From: Balanoglossus misakiensis
Lineage: Eukaryota > Animalia > Hemichordata
DNA length: 64,000 nucleotides
Assembly (NCBI GenBank): GCA_040954595.2
Contig: CM082576.2
Span: forward strand, 12,031,129-12,095,128
Reading direction: 5' to 3'
Positions 1 through 10,600 of the stretch are shown in pieces (position 1 is the first letter of the stretch; each line of letters starts with the position of its first letter). Position numbers and translations under genes: made by a program. The notes beneath the pieces are model-generated. The model worked only from the letters and a program-made list of their open reading frames with translations. It did no database searches and was not told where the DNA came from.

Positions 1-779
1 TGTCGTCGAATGCATATATTGTCGCTGATTGGCTAAACTCAAACGTGTGCATGCAAATTACAATTGTCAGAAATATAGTGAAGTTGTATTAGTCAGAACA
101 TGTTAAAATGGTTGGTTTTACAGAAAACACGCATGCAAATTACAAACTCTGTTTTGTGTGGGGATTACTTGATAAACATACGGGGTATAATGGCACTATA
201 GGGAGAGGAGCAGACAAGAACAGGGGTAAAAGGTCATACTAATATGTAAATTAAACGTACAAGTGGATATACTATTTATAATGCATATCCATAGTTTATT
301 AACTTGGTAACTTTTCTCAATATTGGTGTCTTTTTATCAATGGGTGTTTTATTTTCGTGCTACGCATTTTTAAACAATCGGGCTAGGGTATACTTGTACA
401 TGTACTTGGACACAGAGAACTAAGTCTGCATGATTATTATTTCAGCTTGTGTACCTCTCTGTAACATTTTTATACACCGAATGCAAAAAATAAACATATG
501 GAAACTAACAAACAAGAGCTGACAAGTGGAACAAAATGAAAGTATCCTAATTAATAATTTTTTTAAATGTCAAATTCCCCCCTTTTCCCTGCTTGAACGC
601 GTGTCAAAGAGTGTGAAGTATGAATGCATGACATGGTGTTCGCGGACGGACGTGCGGTTCAACTTTAACACGCACTGCATGCTGGGAAAACGCGTCACCT
701 GCTTCTTCGTCATTAATCGTTTCTCTGGACAGACGTGTGAGATTTTTCCCCTTACTATTTTTTCTTCTTCTCCAAACAG

Positions 780-890
780 GCTCACCCGCACCAGCAGACC
801 AAAAACAGGAAGGCTTCCAGACTGACAACAGGTGCTAGTGGTACTACGAGCAGTTCTTTGAATTCCCTGCCGTCGCCGAGGAAAAGATAG
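780..890 (+). other. candidate terminal exon of a gene starting upstream of the window
   Basis: A strong polypyrimidine tract and acceptor (tttttccccttactattttttcttcttctccaaacag|G, AG at 778-779) is followed by short frames ending in stops, e.g. AHPHQQTKNRKASRLTTGASGTTSSSLNSLPSPRKR* to 890. AATAAA occurs at 1691 and 1985. The product is not identifiable. Confidence 0.3.
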
Positions 891-1325
891 TGACGTGCCT
901 TCTTGTCCGTTGCATGCCAAGGTTTGCAGACCCGAAACGCCGGACCCCACATTAATTATTTAACTTCTGACTCTTGAAGTTCTGAGAAGACTTCCACATT
1001 AATACTGTGCAGTTTTTTGTCGGGGACATATGCCACGTTTTTTTTGTTTTTACCTGAAATTTCAAGTCAACTCATTTTGTATGTTTTCAACGTTGACCAA
1101 GAATTTATGTGTCAAGATATATTTAAATACGTATATTTTTTACATGCAGTGACAAAAACACATGATGTACGCAACGTGTGGTATGTTTTGATGCAGGAAA
1201 ATGGGAATCTCTCATAATTATAAGCGCAGTGTGATAGCTTGGTTCGTGATGAGTGGCTGTGTCTTCTGTGAAATCTACGCTGAGTACTCGAAGTCCCCTT
1301 TCCTTTCCGATCTCCGTCACTTTAA

Positions 1326-1388
1326 CGTCCAACGGTTGTTTTCTATGGTAAACTTGGACCTTAATAGCGGAAAATGGGGGTGAAAGGG
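1326..1388. mobile_element. 5'-degenerate copy of ~85-bp TTAA MITE (piggyBac-like)
   Basis: Shares the internal ttctatggtaaa.ttggacct and the right end ggggtgaaagggTTAA with the copies at 8101-8187 and 61557-61641. Confidence 0.6.
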
Positions 1389-2248
1389 TTAAATTTCAGT
1401 GGCATATTTCACCGCCTCGTACATGACTAAAGGGTTGCATGACTACGTGAATCAGGAAAATCGCGAATTGGCGAATGAGATCGAGATTACTCTTCTGTAC
1501 AAAAAAGGGGAGGTCGGATATCTGTCAATGCCACGACAAGGGCCTTACATTGAAATGACGTAAGGCGCCATAAATAGTAAATTTGAATTTATACAATGGG
1601 GCTCGAAGTACTCGCACTTTTTATATTCTCCATTTCGGACAAGTTTCTGTCCTCAATCCGTCCAACATTCACTTTTCGGTCAGAAGAGGGAATAAACACG
1701 TACAAGACCAAGCAGGCAAGGACCCTGTAGCGATCAAGCGATGCGATTATGTATGTCACCATGTGTATTGCCGGATAATGTTTCTACTTTATCAATGCGG
1801 CTAGCGAGTTTCGGTACATAACATGTGGTCTTGGACTGTGGACTATTCTTTGCCGTTATTCTTATCAAATTTGGTGCTGGTTGTTATCAGTATTCACTAA
1901 CAGACAGAATTGTACATATACTATATTCAATTTGTTATTATGCTTTTGAATTTAGAGGGAGACTTTTTGCGTTGTATTTCAGGAAATAAAGCGCCTTTCT
2001 AAGAAAGCGGAATTGCAAATGTAGTAAAGTCTGCGTGTCATCCTTCGTTTCAAAGAGACAAGTAATACCGGTTGATATTAAAATCGTTAGTCTTTAAATT
2101 TTATTACAAAACGTTTCAAGAATTGTACATTTGACATGATTGATTGTTTACGGGAATCGAGATAAGTTCCAATGAAAATATAAACATAAATTAAGATTGG
2201 TGAAGTTCGCAATTTTCCGTCGTGTAAAGAACAAACAGTCTCTATGGC

Positions 2249-3226
2249 CTACGTTTCACTCTTCTCGAAGGGCACTCTCAACCATGGACTCGCCCGTGCT
2301 CCGTCCGCTGTTATGCGTTCGTCTGGATCCACGGTTAACATGGCCAGTATGGCACTCTTGCACTCTGGACTCAGTCGTTTCAACACGGGAAACTGGATGC
2401 TCTCTAGCTGGCGAAGGAGGATGGCTTTGACGCTGGTCGTGTCGTCTCCGAAGGGCATCTCGCCGCACACCAGGATGTAGGCCACCACCCCAAGCGCCCA
2501 GATGTCGGTAGGTTTCGGCCGGTACGGTCGGGATTTGAGTATCTCCGGAGCCGCGTACGCCGCCGACCCGCAGTAGGTCCGGCTCCGCTCGTCCGGCCCG
2601 GCGACCGTTCTGGAAAAACCGAAGTCGCTGATTTTCACATTGAAGTAATAGTCCAGCAGCAGGTTCTCGCACTTCAGATCGCGGTGAGCGATGCCCTGCT
2701 GGTGGAGGTAGCTCAAACCGCACACCGTCTCATAGATCCACACCCGGACCTGTCTTTCCGGCACCGACGGGCCGGCGAATCGAATGTGGGATAGCAGGTC
2801 GCCATGTTCGGCGAACTCCTGGACGATGTACACTTTGTTGTTGTACTCGAAGTGACTAAATGTTTCAATGATGCCGACGTGTTGGATGCCGCTTATAATG
2901 TCCAGCTCTCGCGGCAAGAAATTCTCCAGGAAATCCCGTGCCGCTTTGCGGCGGTCGATAATTTTGACGGCGACTTTTGCCATCGTTTTTGTGTCGATGG
3001 CAAACTTGACCTTCGAGTACGTACCACAGCCTAACGTCTCTCCCATCATCAGCCCCTTCATTCTCAATACTTCGCGGTCTTTGGGACTTCTTCTTCCGGT
3101 TTTGTCTTTCTGTGTTGTCGAATTTTCCGCCGGTTTGACGGATTCCTCGGCCATCTTATAGTATGAAGTTGCACGTTCACAAAATTTAGAAAATAAGTCA
3201 GAAACCATGTGGGCAGCCTTCAACAT
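2249..3226 (-). CDS. testis-specific serine/threonine kinase, TSSK3/TSSK4-like, intronless
   Basis: Complete kinase domain: LGCGTYSKVK, VAVK, FLPREL, HRDLKCENLLL, DFGFSR, TYCGSAAYAAPE, DIWALGV. HRDLKCEN and CGSAAYAAPE are typical of TSSK kinases. The ORF-track start at 3253 is GTG; the first ATG is at 3226, with alternatives at 3208 and 3154. There is a minus-strand AATAAA at 2100-2105. Confidence 0.9.
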   Translation of the reverse strand: MLKAAHMVSDLFSKFCERATSYYKMAEESVKPAENSTTQKDKTGRRSPKDREVLRMKGLMMGETLGCGTYSKVKFAIDTKTMAKVAVKIIDRRKAARDFLENFLPRELDIISGIQHVGIIETFSHFEYNNKVYIVQEFAEHGDLLSHIRFAGPSVPERQVRVWIYETVCGLSYLHQQGIAHRDLKCENLLLDYYFNVKISDFGFSRTVAGPDERSRTYCGSAAYAAPEILKSRPYRPKPTDIWALGVVAYILVCGEMPFGDDTTSVKAILLRQLESIQFPVLKRLSPECKSAILAMLTVDPDERITADGARASPWLRVPFEKSET

Positions 3227-3571
3227 TTGACGGTAACTGTGTTCTGATCCCACTACTGTATGCCGCCGTGAGATTCCGTGTGTTTGTTTACAGAACGTAA
3301 GAATGAGTGGTCATGTTCCATTCATACGGCAACGTGATTGGTTGAAAGTTTTGCGCGTCATGCGTTCGCCTTGAAATATCGCGCTCGGTTACATCTTGCG
3401 AGATCATCGCCCCGTCACACACAGGAGTGAGTTCCATTCTGTCATTATGTCGTCATTGCGTTGTTTCATCTTTCGTCGACACCAAGCTGCTGTCGATCAA
3501 ACTCGGGGCGAGAGAATCCCTGAAGATGTAACCGATGATTTGGGATATGGGTAAAGTGAACGCTCTCGCTT
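3227..3571. promoter_or_regulatory. putative bidirectional promoter of the TSSK pair
   Basis: About 345 bp between divergent ATGs. Contains an inverted CCAAT (ATTGG, 3337-3341) and three half-CRE CGTCA sites (3356, 3413, 3451). Confidence 0.5.
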
Positions 3572-3622
3572 ATGGTCCAGACTGCAGCAACCGAGTGTCT
3601 TGTAATTTCCGTCGGGTTTAAC

Positions 3623-4504
3623 ATGTCCGACTCTGAGGACGCGGCGTTGAAAAAGCAGGGCTACATCGTGGGGACGTCGCTGGGTGAGGGCTCCTACGCC
3701 AAGGTGAAAAGCGCGTACAGTGAGAAGCACAGACAGCGGGTGGCTCTGAAAATAATCAACCGCAAAAAGGCGCCTCGGGACTTTCAGAAGAAATTCCTAC
3801 CGAGGGAACTCACGATCATTAAAGATATTCACCACAAAAACATCATTGAAGTGTTCGAGGTTCTGGACTTGGGCAACAAGGTGTACATCTCCATGGAGAT
3901 TGCCGGTCACGGCGACCTCCTGGACTACATCAAACTCCGCGGCGCGATCAAAGAAGACCGCGCGCGGGAGATGTTCACGGAAATCATCGACGCCATCGAC
4001 TACTGCCACCGGAAGAACATCATCCACCGAGATTTGAAGTGCGAGAACGTGCTCTTGGACAGTCAGAACCACATCAAACTGACCGACTTCGGCTTCGCCA
4101 GGTACATCGAGAAGGACGAACTCAGCAAGACGTACTGCGGGAGCGCCGCGTACGCCGCGCCGGAGGTCCTGCAGGGGACGCCGTACGCGGGGCCCAGCTA
4201 CGACATCTGGAGCATCGGCGTCATCCTCTACATCATGGTCTGCGGCGCCATGCCGTACGACGACACCAATGTCAGAAAGATGGTGAAAGACCAGATCGAG
4301 AAGAAACTGGGGTTCTCCAGGGCAAAGAAGCTATCTGAAGACTGCAAGGACTTGATACGAAACATGCTGAAGGCCGACTGCAACATCAGAGCAACCGCAC
4401 CCCAAATTCGCGAAAGTAAATGGATGAACCCAACTCCAGCGAAAGACAAGAAAAGCGCGACACCACCGGCTACACAAACCGACGGCAAAGAAACATCAGT
4501 TTAG
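3623..4504 (+). CDS. TSSK1: testis-specific serine/threonine kinase, TSSK1/TSSK2-like, intronless
   Basis: MSDSEDAALKKQGYIVGTSLGEGSYAKVKSAYSE...KKAPRDFQKKFLPREL...HRDLKCENVLL...DFGFAR...TYCGSAAYAAPE...DIWSIGVILYIMVCGAMPYDD closely follows the TSSK1/2 pattern. There is an in-frame upstream ATG at 3572, but 3623 matches the usual N-terminus. One-to-one orthology is not established. Confidence 0.9.
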   Translation: MSDSEDAALKKQGYIVGTSLGEGSYAKVKSAYSEKHRQRVALKIINRKKAPRDFQKKFLPRELTIIKDIHHKNIIEVFEVLDLGNKVYISMEIAGHGDLLDYIKLRGAIKEDRAREMFTEIIDAIDYCHRKNIIHRDLKCENVLLDSQNHIKLTDFGFARYIEKDELSKTYCGSAAYAAPEVLQGTPYAGPSYDIWSIGVILYIMVCGAMPYDDTNVRKMVKDQIEKKLGFSRAKKLSEDCKDLIRNMLKADCNIRATAPQIRESKWMNPTPAKDKKSATPPATQTDGKETSV

Positions 4505-5291
4505 CGGACATTCAAGTGTCCATCGATACGGTACTTGTTTTCGATGTACAGTTGCATTTTAAGATAGTAAATGCACTTTCATAAATGTACACTTCTCTAT
4601 CTCTCCTGGCTTTGTTTAATACGGTGTTTTGGATATATCTGGCTACACACACATACATACAGCCGATACCCTCGATCGCCCAAACCTGAGTAAAGGGAAT
4701 CATTTGCACAGAAAACGCTTATGGTGAAAATTTAGTGTCACTATTCTCGTGACAATTCTCGATTCATCTGGCTATGCCCGAAATGAATTCTCGCCAATTA
4801 GTTGACATTTCTTGACATGGGTACTGGTAGACCTGATTTTAATAGGTTTGCAACTTGAACGCGGGCGACCACAGTCCAGAAATGCGCGCACATGACATTA
4901 CCATGATTATGTTGGCAATCGCACAGGGTGCGATAAAGGTAGGCAAAAACCTGCATGGGTGTGACTGGGGGTGCCTTTCCCCATACAGTTACACAGCGCG
5001 TACATCTAAGTTTATGGTGGTCTCCGCACAAAATGAAATATACATGTACCTTGTACATTTCTATACACGTACCAGGAAATGTGTGTTTTGGGTGAAGTGA
5101 TGACTGTAGATTGAAATGTGCACAGCTCACAAGCCGAACATCAGGGACACATATTGGGAATTTTGTGATTGGAAATTAATACATGTACAGGAAGACTGGA
5201 GTTAGAAATTTGAAATTTAATGCGAACTTTAAAATGGGAGTAAACATACACAGTGAAACAAAATTAAATCGACTGTATTATGTGTAAACAA

Positions 5292-6113
5292 TTATACACT
5301 ATTCTGTTTCTCGCAGTTCAACGTTTTTACTGATTTCACTAGGCTCTGTTGCACCACGGGATATATTCTTAAACACCCTTCGACGCAGGCCCGAATTCCC
5401 TGTTGCGAAAGATCTTTCTCGAGTTCCCCACACTGTATGAGGGCGGACATCTGATTCAACGATGGCAAAAGCCCGACGACAATGCTCCCGTTGTTGGCGC
5501 CTTCATCCTTGCTGTCGTACTCCTCTTCGTAGGTTGGGTCCAGGAGGGCGGTCTTCCCGGCTTGCCTAAGCGAGCACCCGACCGCCACATCAAACATGTC
5601 GATGCCAGCGTCCGCTAACGCCACAGACGCACACGTAATAGCTGCACCCACGGCACTGCCGTCATTTTGCAAGACCGTGACGAAAATGTCTATCTGGGCT
5701 CTCGGGTATTTGTCGAGACAGACGGCCGGTTCTAGGGCCTGTAGGATCGTCAGGGAGACATCCTTCTCAACCACACTCTGCTGGTGCTGTTGCCGCCTCT
5801 CGCAAGAGAACGATGCAAATTTAAACTCGCATTTCAGGGTTCCGGTCAGCTTAAAATCTTCTCTCCTGACCACCTGCCTTGGCCCGTACACGGCGCAGAT
5901 TACCTTGGTGTTTTTCGTTTCGATATATGCAGACCCTTTGGCATTACTCACGAGCCCGGCTCGCAAAAATATGGGTCTGATGTCGGTTGGTTTGCGTGCA
6001 TCTTGTCGCTGGCCGACTGCGTTCAGGAGTGGCTTCTTTGTGATTTGCCCGGCAAAATTTGAGACTGGAAATGATTCCGGTGGTCCCTGAATACGTCTTG
6101 TGTCTAGTGGCAT
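5292..6113 (-). CDS. EXOSC6: exosome complex component MTR3 (RNase PH-like), intronless
   Basis: MPLDTRRIQGPPES N-terminus and RNase PH motifs (RPIFLRAGLVSNAKGSAYIE, TKVICAVYGPR, FASFS, YPRAQIDIFVTVLQNDGS, AITCASVALADAGI). The human gene is also single-exon. Confidence 0.92.
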   Translation of the reverse strand: MPLDTRRIQGPPESFPVSNFAGQITKKPLLNAVGQRQDARKPTDIRPIFLRAGLVSNAKGSAYIETKNTKVICAVYGPRQVVRREDFKLTGTLKCEFKFASFSCERRQQHQQSVVEKDVSLTILQALEPAVCLDKYPRAQIDIFVTVLQNDGSAVGAAITCASVALADAGIDMFDVAVGCSLRQAGKTALLDPTYEEEYDSKDEGANNGSIVVGLLPSLNQMSALIQCGELEKDLSQQGIRACVEGCLRIYPVVQQSLVKSVKTLNCEKQNSV

Positions 6114-6576
6114 TGCTGAATCAACCCGATGTGCATTAAAATTAAACTTTCAGTTTGAAAATGTCGAGAGAGAGATGGGGAACATGTGTTACGATGACTT
6201 CACACTGGAGGAATGAAAAACAAGCAATCATTTGTTCTCGTTCCACACAAATATTTACGTCTCATTAGAATTGCCGCTATTTAAAAAAACTTGTACATTT
6301 ACCATGAATAAAAATCCTAACTCTATATGCGAATTCAACAAACTTTCAACTTCATATTTGCATGACAACTATATGCAAAGAACATTTGCGCTATTAAAAT
6401 TTTCTTAGTATGAGGATGACGCCAGGCTTGACCTTTCCAGGGTCAATGTGAAGGGACCGCCATATTGCGCAGAAGAATAGTAGAAGCGGGCGAGTGGTGT
6501 TGTTGTCGACATATTTCATATATTATCAGCGCTCGTGAACTCGTATCCACTTATCGAACTACGTCAGTCGTTAGGG
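6114..6576. promoter_or_regulatory. bidirectional promoter EXOSC6/RBM25 plus candidate non-coding first exon of RBM25
   Basis: Lies between divergent genes. Contains YY1-type CCGCCATATT (6457-6466) and an everted TGACCT-N5-GGGTCA (6429-6445). A donor GGG|GTAAGT at 6577 can pair with the acceptor at 7578-7579, upstream of the RBM25 ATG. Confidence 0.5.
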
Positions 6577-7660
6577 GTAAGTTTGCCAAATTCAGCTGTA
6601 TTATATATATACTTATAGAATGCTATATTTTCGTGTCAGTAAAACGTTGATCTATCACATTTGTAACGCGTTTTATTTTGACTGTGCTCATGCGCAATGC
6701 ATGGTGGGGTACATTGTCCGAGTGGACCGACCGACCCACCAGGTCAGATAAAACGCAACTAAACTGGGATACGTACCTAAAAGGGTCATGTTATCTTATA
6801 CACGCCTTTTCACCAGTAAATTGTTTAGGAAAATGTGTTTAAAGATTTCGCCCTTTTATGCGCAAAAAAGTAGTAGACCTGGGAACATACTCGACTGACA
6901 TTGTGACAACCAAGTCTGTTTGTTTGTGTATTCCAAAGATGTACACCTTTCTACTACATTTGTACTACAGTTACTAATAAATTAATTATGCGCGGGATGT
7001 ATGCATGTATTTGGTGATCCAGAAGGAAATATGAAATGGTAGACATATGAGACGGAAACGAGAGCGAGGACCTTGATAAATAAACACTGCTAACTACTTC
7101 TTTGCTGGAAACAAAAAAGGAAGTGCAGTGGAAACAAAATGTACCCAGGATATCATACACAACACACACTAGAGTTGTTTCTGTGAACGGCCTTTTCCAG
7201 TGTCCACTCTGTAGCCCACTCTATGTGCAGCACCACTATTTCTACAACTTCAAAATAGACCATTAATCTTTCAATTTCAACTGAACTACAGTGTATTTCC
7301 TAGCTTCACCAAGTTCTAATTATATGCAGCCTGTGGCCGTTGTGTGGCTTCCTTCTTTCTTGCATTTGGGAAGATGGGCAAAACTTAATACATGTAGTAT
7401 ACTAATATTTTCTTCGTTCAGAAGATGCTCATTTGATGAAAGACACATCCAAACGGTTGATACAGAGAGAGAGAGAGATAATATCTAAAAACTAGACCTA
7501 GTAGTAAAGTGTAGTTACTGGCAATATGTTGGAGCTAAGTAAATACTGTTATTAACTAAAATTTTCTTCCTCTTAACAGATTGAATTTGGTTAAAATATA
7601 ACGCACGTCGCTTGGGTGGATCCGACCAACGTTGTGGTCTGGTAATAATTATCTAGGACA

Positions 7661-10600
7661 ATGTCATATCAACCACCAATGAATAGGCCGCCATTTGCAA
7701 TGCCACCACTGCCACCAGGAATACCACCACCGACATTTCCTGGCTTTCCTCCTATGCCACCAGGTGAGTTGCATTAATATTCAAAGTAGAGTATTTATAT
7801 GCTTTACTTCATAAATTATTAATGTTAAAATGAAAGGCTTATTCTTTTACAATGTCCATCGTAATTATTTTATTAATTTACATGGTGTGGTATTTTAGAT
7901 CATGATATGCAAAAACCGTTCACCTTTGACGTCAAGTAATGTTGAAAATGCTGTGAGTGTTATTTAAAGTGAAACTCACTCTGTGATTGTCTTTGGTTTG
8001 ATTTCAGGAACACAGATGCCCATGACAATGCCCATGCAAATGGGTATGATGCCCACATCAACTATGGTAAGACTTCACTTATGTCTAAAGTCAGTTTTAA
8101 CTCTTTCACCCCAATGGTTTGGTCGAAATCTGTTGCTTTCTATGGTAAAGTTGGACCTCTATATAGAGAAAACTAGGGGTGAGAGGGTTAAGGTCAGTGG
8201 AGACTTAATGGGGAGTCATGTCATGCATGAACATTTTAGTAGATCATTCCAGTCTGGATTAACTTACTACAAGTTATGAAAATGACAATTGTATTGTATC
8301 AATTCAACAGAACATTATTGTTGTCTGCTGCATGAAAAAAAAGAAGAAATCCCTGACAATTGTATTATTTTGCAAAACTGATTATGTTCATTTTTTTGTG
8401 TGCATAGTCAACAACCAGCACCCTGGCATCATCAACAGTGAGCGGTATGAAAAGAATGCCCCTGATGCCAGACAACAAGGTCAGTTTCTATATTTTGTTT
8501 TGTCATTGTAGAAAGTCAAGATTGTGTAGCTACAAGAGACATAAGCATAATTCGGTGATTAGGACTTGAAGAATACTCTGTTGCATACCAACAAGCTTTA
8601 CCCATCATTGATTTATGTAATTTATTGGTAGCACATCATATCAACAGCCAGTGATCGACTCAGTTATACTTCAGAAGTTAGAGCATATATTTCTTTCTGA
8701 TCAAAAAATGCAGATCAGAAATGTGATAACCGGTTTAAATGAATATTTCTCCCCTTTTTACTCTCTTGAAGACCGGGCTGCCGAGCTTGGATTCACGGAG
8801 GTCTCATTATGGTAGAAAGGTCAGTTGGTATAAGTCGTAACTCTTACCCGAAACGCGAGCGAGCTCTGTATAGATCATTCCATGGTGTTACCCCGCAAAT
8901 TGGCCCAAGCCTAGTATAGTAAATGCCACCCGGCAGGGTGAATATGTATGAAAGATCCAAAAAAAAGTAAAATTCTGCTTCTGTAGGCACTTGGTGCATC
9001 CTCAACGTCACAGACTTCGCATGGCTCCAGTAAAGTGGCCAGCACTTACAGGAGACACAACAGAAGAGACGCTGGTTTGTTGCAAGGGGTGGGTGTTCCT
9101 TCTTTCCAGCTGAAGAGTATAAATTCATTGGGGATTTTTGCGGGGAAAAAAGTTCGTAGCAGTTTGCACGGTTGATACTTCTCCCCTAGGACTTGCGAAA
9201 TCAACTGCAGATAGTGAACTTGGCAGGAAATTGGTGATGAGTTTTAGAGTAGTTGATATTCAGTGGAAGAGGGTGACTTTGGAGAGGGTAATGGTCTTTG
9301 CTGGTAAGTGTTCGGGGGAAAGTGAGCTGTAACCGGCACCCCCTACTTTAATACTGCAACCTGTTTGTGTTTGATTGACAGATGATGGATCATGATCCCA
9401 GTAAACCCAAGACAACAGTGTTTGTTGGAAACATCTCCGAGAGAGCATCAGACGTGTTGATAAGACAGATGTTGTCCGTAAGTATCTAAAGCTATGCATG
9501 TGTGATCATGTGAATGATGCAACAGTTCTTGCTTGAGCAGTAGTATCGCATGTTAGTGTTTTGAAGCTCAGTTGGTTAAATGTGGCTCCTCCGAATGCTG
9601 TTGAAGGCAGCCATACCTAAGCGGCGCATTGTATGAAACTACTCGAGTTTCCTTGTGTAATTAAAATTGTGTCTATAAATACATTTTCTCTCTGACAGAG
9701 ATGCGGAACGATGGTGAGCTGGAAGAGGGTGCAGGGTGCCTCTGGAAAACTGCAGGCGTTTGGATTTTGTGAATATGCCGATCCTGAAGGTAGCTTAAGA
9801 GCAATCAGACTTTTACATGACAAAGAAATAGGTGACAGGAAACTTGTGGTATGTATTCTCTGAACGCTGCATAGCAGTGCATTTTGGGGGGTTGTGTGTG
9901 TATCGTACATGTACATGTGTAGCTGTTTGGCTAAACACCTGAGTGCAGAGTTGCATTCAAGATAAAATAGCAGTAAGATGTTGCCCAACATGATGTCCTT
10001 TATCTGGTGTTTGTGAGAGTGCATTGCTAATACACCAGCATCAGCTCAATAATTTGTTTTCAATCATTGTGTGTTAGTCCTGTGTAGACATATCATTTCA
10101 AATCAATTATGAATTCTGGTACAATATTTGAATACCGCTGTAGTTGCATACGTCAGTAAAATCTTTGCAGAGTCAAGACAGGTGAGTACTCATTACATAC
10201 AAGAGCGATATTTTCTCCCATCACTCTGTGAACGAGTCCAAGACACTCAACTTCACCATCTCTGTCCAATGGAAATTTTGAATATTATGAGTGTCTAGTA
10301 GGTGGAATAAAGTCCAGATGTGTTCAGTTGGCTTCCAAGTTTTTCATTTCTGCCTATAGTGGGTACTAGACATAAAATGTAACTATAGCGATTTAGGGGT
10401 GGCTTGAAATTTAGAGTGACCGTGAACTGTCTTTCATTTCCAGGTGAAAGTAGATGCCAAGACAAGAGAACTACTAGATGAATATCTGTCTAAGAAAAGG
10501 GGAAATGATAGCGGAGGTTCTCAGGTAACTTGCTCAGTGTGTCTCGTCATGTTTAGCTTCAAGTCAATGATATGTTTTAGTCCCTAGAAGTCTTTCCAAC

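Noticed and set aside
2256-6090. Overlapping ORFs within the TSSK and EXOSC6 genes
   Set aside because: Off-frame or antisense by-products of real CDSs.
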